Shown here: positions 48,938-57,426 of the stretch, piece after piece
Numbering within the stretch: position 1 is the first letter of the stretch
Layout: each line of letters opens with the position of its first letter
Source: an uncultured delta proteobacterium
Lineage (GTDB): Bacteria > Desulfobacterota > Desulfomonilia > UBA1062
DNA length: 64,000 nucleotides
Assembly (NCBI GenBank): GCA_963798485.1
Contig: CAWCTR010000014.1
Coordinates: 443,722-507,721 of the forward strand
Direction of reading: 5' to 3'
Made by a program: the position numbers and the translations under genes
Notes under the pieces: generated by a model
Told to the model about the DNA's origin: nothing
The model's input: the letters and a program-made list of their open reading frames with translations, nothing else
Databases searched by the model: none

Positions 48938-51364
48938 TTACCCGGTCTCCTTTTTATTGGCAGAGGGCGTTCTTGTTTCTATCCCAGGATAACCATGCGA
49001 ACCCACCAACTGTTCGAGGAGCGAATCGTTGCTATAGCGGGAGGTGGCATGGAGCCTTGCTCTTCGCTTCATTCTGGCGTATGTCCTGGGATCATTCTCG
49101 ATGATATTGAGCATGACATGGATCTTTTCGAGCATGTCATGCGGGTCGTCCCGCCTGGCAACAAAGCCTGTCCGTCCTTCGCTGATTATCTCCTGAGGAC
49201 CGCCTACGTCGGAGACTATCGCAGGCAACCCGCAGGCCTGAGCCTCGAGAACCACCATGCCGAAGGTGTCCGTCGTGCTCGGGAACACGAAGATATGGGA
49301 ATTCGAGTAGAGTGGCGGCAGCTCTTCCCGTGGAAGCCTCCCGGTGAAGTGGATACGCGCCTCGCCGGACATGGCATGCTTCATCTCTTCCAGATAGGGG
49401 CCGTCGCCCACGATGAGGAGGTTGATGTCACGTCGTTCTTTTGAAAGTGACAGGTATGCCTCGCAGAGAAGTTCCAAGTTCTTGTCTTTGGATATCCTGC
49501 CGGCATAGAGCAGGGTGATGCCGTCATTGATCCCCCATTTGGCAAGTATCTCCGGTCCTATGCCTTTACCCGGGTTGAAGAGCTCCGGATCCACGGCTTT
49601 GGGTATGATCTTGAGCTTCCATGGCTCGAACCCCCTGTCCACGAGCATCTGGCCATATTCCGCGGTTGGGACTCTGACCACGTCCGTCATGGAGTAGAAC
49701 CACCTCATAGAGCGTTCCACAATGTCCGGCAGGCTGTTGTCCTGAACGATATGCTCGATCTGCCGGGTGAAATCGGTATGGTAGATGCCCGTGCTCCTTA
49801 TCTTGAGCAGTTTTGCAGCCAGGAGGCCCAGCAGCCCGATCGGTCCGGGTGTGGAGATAAAAATCTCCGTAGGCTCTTCCTTTGATATCAGCTCGATCGC
49901 CTTCAGCAACGAAGGGAAGTGGATAGTGAGATTCTCATATTCGGGGAGAACCAGCGAGAAGAATGTAGGGACGAAGATAATATTAGGCGGCAGCCCCATA
50001 CCCTTGTCCTTTTCCGGTAATGCAGCCACGAGACGGACCGTCCGCCCATTCCGGTGCGACATCCACGCGAAGTCCTTGAGGGTCTCGGCCACACCGTTGA
50101 GGTCGTTGATCGTGTCCGTGAACCAGAGTATCTTTCTTCCGCGGTCTAAAAGAGGTATGTCGAGCCGTTCCCTGATCTCAGAAATAATCTCCCGGTTGTC
50201 GTACATGTGCCCCAGGGCCGAGAGGAAAGGCAGGGAGAGGAACAATCCGGGGATGGAGGACGAGACGTTGATGATGATGCTCGATATGTCACCGGTTTCC
50301 AAATCAGAGGCCAGTGTCTCGATGATCCTTTTGAAGAATTCATCCGCGATATCGGATGCTTTATCATAAATCACTTCAAACCGCTCCTCAATGAGCTCCG
50401 GATCTATCTTTTTCACCTCCTCCACGGTCCGGCGGATAAGATCGGTAATGCGGCTGCTTGTTATCCTGCCCAAGGGCCTGATGCTCTTCGACAGGTTGCA
50501 GTCCCGAGGATCCTGTGGCTGTGACCTGAAGAGCTGCTCGGATATGGAGAACAGAAGCGAGCCCGGGCTCTTGCCGTTCTTGGCCTGTGTAAAGTCAAGC
50601 GCGATCTTGTAAATCCCGAATGCGAGGCTCTTGTAATCGTTGTGCCTTCCTTTCGGGATCATCCTCTTGCTCCTGATATTGTCAAGAATCCCTTCTACGC
50701 TTGATGCACCGGTCAGGGTGTAGGTCGTGCCGATGAAGAGCCCCGAGTGGTCGTCGGATCCTGCGGTAAACGCCTTGCACCATGGCTCATCACCTGCAGG
50801 CACAATGGCGTGCCGTGTCCTTAAGGCTTCGATGCGAGCCGGTGTCAATTGCTGCAGGATCTCCATCCATGCGCTGTTGAAGAAAAGCCCCCGGGCGCCG
50901 TTGATGCCCTCGAACACATCGAAGAGCAGGATGAGCTTCTCAAGATGGGAGACGGTGAGCTTGTTGTTGATGGAGTATGTTGCGTGGGCCACCGAATGGG
51001 CTATGTTCTCACTGTTAAGATAATCCCTGAGATCGTAGATGCTGTGGCGCAGCCTCTGAATGGTGCTGTACTGTTTCTCATCGATACCATAAATGAGAAG
51101 GTGAACCTTGCACCGGTCCTCGGGGAAATAGGTGGTGGTCTCCACTCCTACGATGACCTTGTCGGGATGGAGTCCTTTCAGGAGCAAGGCGCCATCGATG
51201 CGGTTGTGGTCGGTTATGGTGATGAAATCCATTCCCCGCTTCATCGCGGCTTCATAAGCCTGCTCGGGCCTGCTGTAGGACTCCCTGGCGCCGATGCGCT
51301 GGAGAAACCATTCGGACGGATGCTCCGAAAAGGCCGTGTGTACGTGCATGTCTATCTTTGCCAT
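48938..51364 (-). CDS. PHP-phosphoesterase / GT4 glycosyltransferase fusion
   Basis: DMHVHT, ITDHN, GSDDH (PHP); DLNGVA, STPGPIG, YHTDF, GRISKDKN, DTFGMVVLEAQACGLP (GT-B, family 4). Confidence 0.9.
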   Translation of the reverse strand: MAKIDMHVHTAFSEHPSEWFLQRIGARESYSRPEQAYEAAMKRGMDFITITDHNRIDGALLLKGLHPDKVIVGVETTTYFPEDRCKVHLLIYGIDEKQYSTIQRLRHSIYDLRDYLNSENIAHSVAHATYSINNKLTVSHLEKLILLFDVFEGINGARGLFFNSAWMEILQQLTPARIEALRTRHAIVPAGDEPWCKAFTAGSDDHSGLFIGTTYTLTGASSVEGILDNIRSKRMIPKGRHNDYKSLAFGIYKIALDFTQAKNGKSPGSLLFSISEQLFRSQPQDPRDCNLSKSIRPLGRITSSRITDLIRRTVEEVKKIDPELIEERFEVIYDKASDIADEFFKRIIETLASDLETGDISSIIINVSSSIPGLFLSLPFLSALGHMYDNREIISEIRERLDIPLLDRGRKILWFTDTINDLNGVAETLKDFAWMSHRNGRTVRLVAALPEKDKGMGLPPNIIFVPTFFSLVLPEYENLTIHFPSLLKAIELISKEEPTEIFISTPGPIGLLGLLAAKLLKIRSTGIYHTDFTRQIEHIVQDNSLPDIVERSMRWFYSMTDVVRVPTAEYGQMLVDRGFEPWKLKIIPKAVDPELFNPGKGIGPEILAKWGINDGITLLYAGRISKDKNLELLCEAYLSLSKERRDINLLIVGDGPYLEEMKHAMSGEARIHFTGRLPREELPPLYSNSHIFVFPSTTDTFGMVVLEAQACGLPAIVSDVGGPQEIISEGRTGFVARRDDPHDMLEKIHVMLNIIENDPRTYARMKRRARLHATSRYSNDSLLEQLVGSHGYPGIETRTPSANKKETG

Positions 51365-51411
51365 AGTGTCATTCCCTTCTTGGTGTTACGGGGGAGATTG
51401 AACCAGACAAT

Positions 51412-51461
51412 CATGAACAGAAGATGAACATTTGGTGAATAGTGCATCAATATTGAGTTAA
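51412..51461 (-). promoter_or_regulatory. Five-unit Pho-box-like array upstream of the PHP-GT4 operon
   Basis: TTAACT-TTGATG-TTCACC-TTCATC-TTCATG at 11-bp period. Confidence 0.75.
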
Positions 51462-51530
51462 TTCTTAATGATAGTCGCTTGATAATAGTATTTACAAGAA
51501 GCAAGAGACCTTGATGTTTTTTGCAAATTC

Positions 51531-51558
51531 TTCATTTGCCCTTCATCAAGATTTAATA
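51531..51558 (+). promoter_or_regulatory. Pho-box-like array upstream of the metallophosphoesterase
   Basis: TTCATT-TTCATC-TTAATA at 11-bp period. Confidence 0.68.
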
Positions 51559-51675
51559 ATTGGTTGTCAGTATGTCGTTCCAGGAGGTTAGTTGCAACAC
51601 GCTTTAGCCAAGGATAAACGAAGAGCTTCAAAAAAGGTAAATCGATAAAACAATCAATGGGGAGGACGAGACAAA

Positions 51676-53478
51676 ATGAAAAAAGAATCTTTCTTTAAAA
51701 CAGCATGCGCCCTGGCGATGGGGATGTTCATCCTTGCGTCATCGGCATGTGCCGCCACCTCGGCGGGACCCTGGAAATTCGGCATCATATCCGACACCCA
51801 GTGGACCACATCCGATCCGGCCAACCAGAACCCCAATACCATACCCGCGAGCATCATCAAGCAGGTGAACCAGCAGCTCATTAACAACGGTGTGCAGTTC
51901 GTCATTGCAATGGGCGACCAGGTGGACACGGGAAGCCAGGCCAACGACTATGTCCGGGCGCTCTACGCCCAGGACCTATACAACGCAGGCATCGGCTTTT
52001 ACCCCATGCGCGGCAACCACGAAGCAGCCAACAGCAATAACCATATGTTCTCCGACGTGGATTTCTGGTACGCATACCCACAGATATCTAACGGTTTGAA
52101 CAATGCCACTCCGTCCGACATCACGACCAACCTTATCCCGGCGGCCGTCATGGCTGCTAATCCTCCCGCGGCCGTTACAGGTACGACCTTCACCGTCGGT
52201 ACCGGTTTTTCTTACCCAACCTCCGCCAATGCTACCAACCACAGCGTCTCATATTCCTTCAAGTATAACAACGCAACGTTCATGCTGCTCGACCAGTTCC
52301 AGTCTCCCGACTACTACACCAGTCACATCATGCCCGAGCAGCAAGACTGGATCAACAGCACCCTTTCCGGCCGTCCGGCCAACACCCATGCGTTCGCCTT
52401 TACCCACAAGAACATTCTTGGAGGCAACCATAAAGACAATATGTTCGGTGGTGCTGTGGACGCCACCGACCCAGGCGACGGCTACGGCGTAAACGTCAGC
52501 GGGCTCTCCTCCGCCAACCAGGCCGCCCTGGCCTCCAAGCAGTCCGCCGAGAATACCTTCCTCGGATTACTTCAGGCCAATAACGTGAAGTACATGATCT
52601 CCGGTCACGATCACCACCACTATAACTCCGTCGTCACCAGCCCCGATCAACAGAGTAAAGTCCATCAACTCATCTGCCAGTCCGACAGCTCCAAGTTCTA
52701 TACTCCCGGCAACCCGGTATCTACCAACGATATACCTGTTGAGCAGGATCTGCAGCGAGTCGGATACTACATATTCACCGTTGACGGCCCGCGCGTAACC
52801 ATCGATTATTACGCCGACAACCACGGCGGCTGGCACTCGGACGCAAACTATCCCTACGGATCTACCGACCTTGTCAATTTTCCCAAGCAGGTCACTCCTG
52901 CTTTAACCTTCGTCAAGCGGTCCACTACCGGCTACAGCCTGAACGGTAAGGAAAAACTCGTGACCCGCGGTGCCTCTTACGCCATGACCGATAACACCAC
53001 CGTGGCCGCTACCATGGAACCCGGCTTCCGCGGCACATCGATGTCCATCCTGTCCGGCACCAACAGCAGCACCGCCGCGACCAACTACGGCAAGGCAACC
53101 GGAAAGGCCGTCAACACCGGTTGGGCTCCGCAAGCTGACACCCTGAGCGATGTTCTCTCCCTTTGGGGAATGACGGACCTAGGCGCTGTTAAAACCGATA
53201 CCTTTGCCCTCTCCCTATCGTACGATCCGGCAGTCGGGGTAAACACAGGCACAATAAACCAGGGCATCGTCGTGGCCTTGAGCATCAAGGATCAAAACGG
53301 CAACTGGGTTAATGCCGTGAACCAGAATGTCGGAGGTGGAAAGAAGTTCGTTCTTGGTCCTTGGAGAAGCTCCTACCCGCTGGGCACTTACGGGGTTGAT
53401 CCTGCGACCCACACCGCCTGGGCGGTCATAAACACTACCGGCTCCGGCCAGTTCGCCGTGGTTCAGAGCCATAATTAG
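51676..53478 (+). CDS. Secreted calcineurin-like metallophosphoesterase
   Basis: Signal peptide; SDTQ, GDQVD, GNHE, THK, GHDH motifs; extra C-terminal beta domain. Confidence 0.88.
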   Translation: MKKESFFKTACALAMGMFILASSACAATSAGPWKFGIISDTQWTTSDPANQNPNTIPASIIKQVNQQLINNGVQFVIAMGDQVDTGSQANDYVRALYAQDLYNAGIGFYPMRGNHEAANSNNHMFSDVDFWYAYPQISNGLNNATPSDITTNLIPAAVMAANPPAAVTGTTFTVGTGFSYPTSANATNHSVSYSFKYNNATFMLLDQFQSPDYYTSHIMPEQQDWINSTLSGRPANTHAFAFTHKNILGGNHKDNMFGGAVDATDPGDGYGVNVSGLSSANQAALASKQSAENTFLGLLQANNVKYMISGHDHHHYNSVVTSPDQQSKVHQLICQSDSSKFYTPGNPVSTNDIPVEQDLQRVGYYIFTVDGPRVTIDYYADNHGGWHSDANYPYGSTDLVNFPKQVTPALTFVKRSTTGYSLNGKEKLVTRGASYAMTDNTTVAATMEPGFRGTSMSILSGTNSSTAATNYGKATGKAVNTGWAPQADTLSDVLSLWGMTDLGAVKTDTFALSLSYDPAVGVNTGTINQGIVVALSIKDQNGNWVNAVNQNVGGGKKFVLGPWRSSYPLGTYGVDPATHTAWAVINTTGSGQFAVVQSHN

Positions 53479-53678
53479 TCTCATGGGGAATTAAACCAAT
53501 ATCATATAAAGGAGGCAAGATAATGCTTAGGAAAATGATCATCGTCGCTGCTGTTTTTTATGGAAAGTATTAGGTCATGAGTATAGTAGCACAGTGATTC
53601 TCACTTATTTAAAGTCCCTGCCAAATTTGCCAAACTCCCAACTCATGAATCTGTTTGACACCTTGGGCGACAATTTTT

Positions 53679-54225
53679 TTATTCTCTTCTCGATAGCAGA
53701 TAAGCTGAAACAATATTCCTGATGGAATCGAAGCCGATGCTGTTCAGATCAATATCAGCAGGTTTAATAAAGAGAATGTCCTGAATTTCCTCCGAGGGCT
53801 TCTGACCCTTAAAAGAATCTACTGTGCAGACAAAGGCGAGATCAAGCGTCCTGTTGGAGATGTTGTCATAGGGGTATATGTTGGGGAATGACTTAAAATA
53901 GGAACACCTCCTTTACCTTAAGGTTCAGCTCTTCTTTTATTTCCCGCTTCAGCGCACCCTCGGCTGTCTCTTTAAAATTAACAAATCCCCCGGGCAGGTC
54001 CAATGTGTCCTTTTCCGGGTCATGCGCTCGAACAGTCAGAAGGAGCCTGCCGATATCGTCTTCTATAAGACCGGCCACTGCTGCACCGACATTGAAATAG
54101 AGGTGATAGCCGCATTTTCTGCACAATATCGATCGATCGCCTTGGATAGTTATCCCCTTGGCTCCACAGCCGGGGCAATACCTGAAGTTTCTCCAGGGGG
54201 GTGCATGTCCGGGTGTATCAACCAT
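53679..54225 (-). pseudogene. Zn-ribbon NUDIX hydrolase, frameshifted
   Basis: CPGC..CRKC and Nudix box GGFVNFKETAEGALKREIKEELNL; reading continues in another frame near 53905 (SYFKSFPNIYPY..TLDLAF..IGFDSIR) to TAA at 53679. Confidence 0.78.
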
Positions 54226-54278
54226 GTCTAAAGGCCTCCCATCATGTACATAAATATTGCGGTAATTCCTCTAAGCGA

Positions 54279-54929
54279 TCACTTCTTCCGAACGATCCCG
54301 GCCTTCTGGTAATACACATCCTTTTTGACCATTTCTCTCAGTCCCTTCAAGGTAAGGAATGGTTGGTCCTTCTGGATTATATTCGATATAAAGGCCGGTA
54401 TATAGCCTGCCGGGTCGGCCTTGACGATGTACACCACATGCGTCCTGTCCTGGTCTATACGATTCATGGAGTATGTGGCATTTAAATCCGTCATCCGGAC
54501 ATACTTGTCCTGTATGGGGACAAGTTGTTCCTTGAAGGCATTAATGGCGATTGCGTACTTGCCTGATTGTTTATCAAACTTGTCAAAGGCCTCCATCACA
54601 ATATCACGGTCCTTGACAGGCCCCATGGTTTTCAAGACAAAATACATTACCCTATGGTTCTCAGGGTCATGTATGAGCAGCTTTATCTCCTTACAGAATC
54701 CATACCACTGGGTGAACGAAGGGATATCTTTGAAGACCTCCACGATCACCTCAATGGGCGCGTCGATCTCAGCGATGCCCTTGAACTCATTTGCGGCTGA
54801 ACCGGGCACAGATCTCGTAAAAACCTTGATCCCTTCAGCATCTTTGGCAAGCTTCCACGGTTCTTCCGCATGAAGTCCCATTGCAGATAAAACAAAAAAT
54901 ACAAATACCATCAGTACAAATCTCTTCAT
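54279..54929 (-). CDS. Exported START-domain lipid-binding protein
   Basis: Signal peptide; WKLAKDAEGIKVFTR, PVKDRD, ADPAGYIPAF. Confidence 0.85.
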   Translation of the reverse strand: MKRFVLMVFVFFVLSAMGLHAEEPWKLAKDAEGIKVFTRSVPGSAANEFKGIAEIDAPIEVIVEVFKDIPSFTQWYGFCKEIKLLIHDPENHRVMYFVLKTMGPVKDRDIVMEAFDKFDKQSGKYAIAINAFKEQLVPIQDKYVRMTDLNATYSMNRIDQDRTHVVYIVKADPAGYIPAFISNIIQKDQPFLTLKGLREMVKKDVYYQKAGIVRKK

Positions 54930-55197
54930 AAACGCCCCTTTTATGAATCAAAGTTCAAATCCTTTGAGGATAGTTGCACATACATTGAATATCTTATCAG
55001 ATCATAGTGCGCAAACACAAGGTTGAGAGGAGAATCATATGAGGTTGCAATCGAAAACTCACCCCTTCACTCATCTCATCTCCTCTAAAAACGAGTACAA
55101 GACATGATGAGTTAAGGTCGGTTGTGCTCAAAGAACTGGACTTATTGACATTTGCAGAACAAGTCTTAAAATATACAATAAGACAAGGAGGCTGTAG

Positions 55198-55635
55198 ATG
55201 TTCGAAAAGATCCTCTTCCCTACGGATTTCTCAGATGTGGCGACAAAGGCCCTGCAGTATGTGAAGCGCCTGAAGGAGGCAGGTGGTGAGGAGGTAACCG
55301 TACTGCATGTCATAGACCAGTCGAACCTCGAACTCTTAAGCTCTTACAGCACAATCCAGGACTTTATCAGTATTGAGAAGGAGATTGAAAAGCGTTCGTC
55401 AGAAGAGATTGCGTTAGTGGTCAACGAGCTGAAACAGCTTGGCTTCAATGTGAAGGAGCGGATTGAAAAGGGTGTGCCTTTGCGGGTGGTGCTCAAGGTG
55501 GCGGAAGAGGAAGATCCTTCGGTGATCGTTGTCGGCTCCCATGGAAAAAGCAACCTTGAAGAGATGCTGCTCGGCTCGGTTTCTGAAAAGGTAGTGAGAA
55601 GATCGAAGCACCCGGTATTGGTGGTTAAACGATAG
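55198..55635 (+). CDS. Universal stress protein
   Basis: KILFPTDFS, GSHGKS..LLGSVSEKVVR..PVLVV. Confidence 0.93.
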   Translation: MFEKILFPTDFSDVATKALQYVKRLKEAGGEEVTVLHVIDQSNLELLSSYSTIQDFISIEKEIEKRSSEEIALVVNELKQLGFNVKERIEKGVPLRVVLKVAEEEDPSVIVVGSHGKSNLEEMLLGSVSEKVVRRSKHPVLVVKR

Positions 55636-55669
55636 TCAAGAGGCCTGTGCTGATACTGTACAAAGGGTT

Positions 55670-55711
55670 CATCAGCGCTATAAACTTATCATCGTCGGGA
55701 TCTTCACAGAC
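55670..55711 (-). pseudogene. Remnant of a PIN-domain toxin gene
   Basis: Reads VCEDPDDDKFIAL directly at the 3' end of the AbrB-type gene; resembles the C-x-D-P-D-D-D-K-F motif of PIN toxins. Confidence 0.55.
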
Positions 55712-55967
55712 GGGCTCGAGCCTTTGCGACAGCAGCAGGGATATCCGATTTCTTCAAGCCGGCTTTACGTGCTTGTTTACGTGCTTCACCAATCAATGCA
55801 TCAAAATCCTTCATTGATGGTGCTTCTATTGCTTTCAGAATGACAACACCTTCTTCGCCCAGAACGACAAATTGGGAACCAGCCTTCAGATTGAGGCGCT
55901 TCCTGATATCCTCGGGGATGACGACTTGGCCTTTTGATGACATCTTGGTTGTTGCTAGGTTCGGCAT
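55704..55967 (-). CDS. AbrB/MazE/SpoVT-family antitoxin-like DNA-binding protein
   Basis: TTKMSSKGQVVIPEDIRKRLNLKAG; GGAG RBS before ATG 55967. Confidence 0.9.
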   Translation of the reverse strand: MPNLATTKMSSKGQVVIPEDIRKRLNLKAGSQFVVLGEEGVVILKAIEAPSMKDFDALIGEARKQARKAGLKKSDIPAAVAKARARL

Positions 55968-56007
55968 ACTATCTCCCAACGACATCCATGTTAAGCGTCA
56001 ACTGAAT

Positions 56008-56040
56008 AAAAAAAACCCCTTCGCCTTATGGGCGAAGAGG
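56008..56040 (-). terminator. Intrinsic terminator after the Asn-synthetase-like gene
   Basis: CCUCUUCGCC-loop-GGCGAAGGGG followed by U8. Confidence 0.8.
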
Positions 56041-56066
56041 CTCTTTTTAGGAACCTTACTCTGTCT

Positions 56067-57290
56067 CTAGAAGAGGAATATGGGGTATGTGTCAGGATTC
56101 TTTCCGAAGCAGGTGACATCGTCGATCTTTTCGATATTGGCGCCCTTGAGGATCGCATAGAGCGACCTCTCAACACCGATGCCGGCACCCATAGTATCGG
56201 GGAAATACGGCTGACCCTTCTTATTGAGCATATGCACTGCGGTGAGGAAGGGCCCATATCCATCAAGGACAGAAATATTTTTCAGCACCCCGCCTTCAAA
56301 AATCGGCTCCTCAGGGATAATCCGGTTATCGAGGAGTCTCTGGATTATCGGCTCATACAGCCATTCTCTGAGTGCGCCTGAGAGTATTTCCAGGGCCGGG
56401 GTAAACTTATTGGTCTTTCTGATAATGGACTTTGCGCAGACATCGTAGTTATAGATCATGTCCGACGTAAATGAAGACAGGGGCGCCTTGCTCCCATCCG
56501 AAAGCAGATATGGGTAAATAAGATCATAGTTTTCTCTCATGAGCCCGGTAACCCAGAAGAACTGGCCTTTGATATCATCGCCGGCCTTTGCATCGAGATC
56601 CACCTTGCCATGCTTCTTTATTGCATGGTCGTGTCTAACCCTGGGGAATGGCTGCTTGGGCACTTCAAGTGCAATTCCCAAGGCCTTGAGGTTGTCTTCA
56701 TTCTTCTCTACAATGTCAGCTATAGCAGTAATGATCATCCTCTCGAGAAAATCTATGACCTTCTCCATGTCTTCATTCAGGATCTTCTTCACCTTTTCCG
56801 GCTGGTTTTTGTACTGGTCGAAATCAATACCCCTGTTTCTCCTGAGCTCTATATCGATCTGGGAGAAGTCGATCAGATATTTCCCCCTTTGCTTCCTCTG
56901 CGGGCTCTCGATCTCCAGGCGGATGTTGGGTGAGTCGGTATATATACCTTTAAGTTTCGGGTTGAAGCATGCAAGGAACTTCATATAGATCATGGAGTGT
57001 GTGACCACATAAGGCATGCCCTTGTAATGAATAGTCGGGACGTGCTCCACGTCATGGGCCAACGGGTCTGTCACAGGGCTCATCTCCACCCGCTCAAGAT
57101 TCACTAGGCCTTCATCCACGAGAAAATTATTGATGGCGGTCACAAAGGTGGTGCGGATACTCATAACGTTGAAGATGTCATCGTTCACCCACTTATTCAC
57201 ATAGTTATCACGCACGAAGTCTTCAAATGTTGAGCCTGACTCATTGAGCATAGCCTGAAAATGGAATAGATCTTCACCAATAAACGCCAT
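56067..57290 (-). CDS. AsnRS/AspRS-like catalytic-domain-only protein (probable archaeal-type asparagine synthetase)
   Basis: SPVTDPL, THSMI, SPNIRLE, DFSQIDIE, EILSGALRE, GAGIGVER; no OB-fold anticodon domain. Confidence 0.78.
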   Translation of the reverse strand: MAFIGEDLFHFQAMLNESGSTFEDFVRDNYVNKWVNDDIFNVMSIRTTFVTAINNFLVDEGLVNLERVEMSPVTDPLAHDVEHVPTIHYKGMPYVVTHSMIYMKFLACFNPKLKGIYTDSPNIRLEIESPQRKQRGKYLIDFSQIDIELRRNRGIDFDQYKNQPEKVKKILNEDMEKVIDFLERMIITAIADIVEKNEDNLKALGIALEVPKQPFPRVRHDHAIKKHGKVDLDAKAGDDIKGQFFWVTGLMRENYDLIYPYLLSDGSKAPLSSFTSDMIYNYDVCAKSIIRKTNKFTPALEILSGALREWLYEPIIQRLLDNRIIPEEPIFEGGVLKNISVLDGYGPFLTAVHMLNKKGQPYFPDTMGAGIGVERSLYAILKGANIEKIDDVTCFGKNPDTYPIFLF

Positions 57291-57426
57291 CTTAAAATCC
57301 TCCTTGAGTCTGTATTGGCCCTAAGGGCCTCTCGTGAGTTTACCTCTTAATAGCAACGGTTATGCCAGAAGGAAACAAAATAAATATCCGCCGGCTTTAA
57401 AGATACATTACCCGTATAAACTCCAT

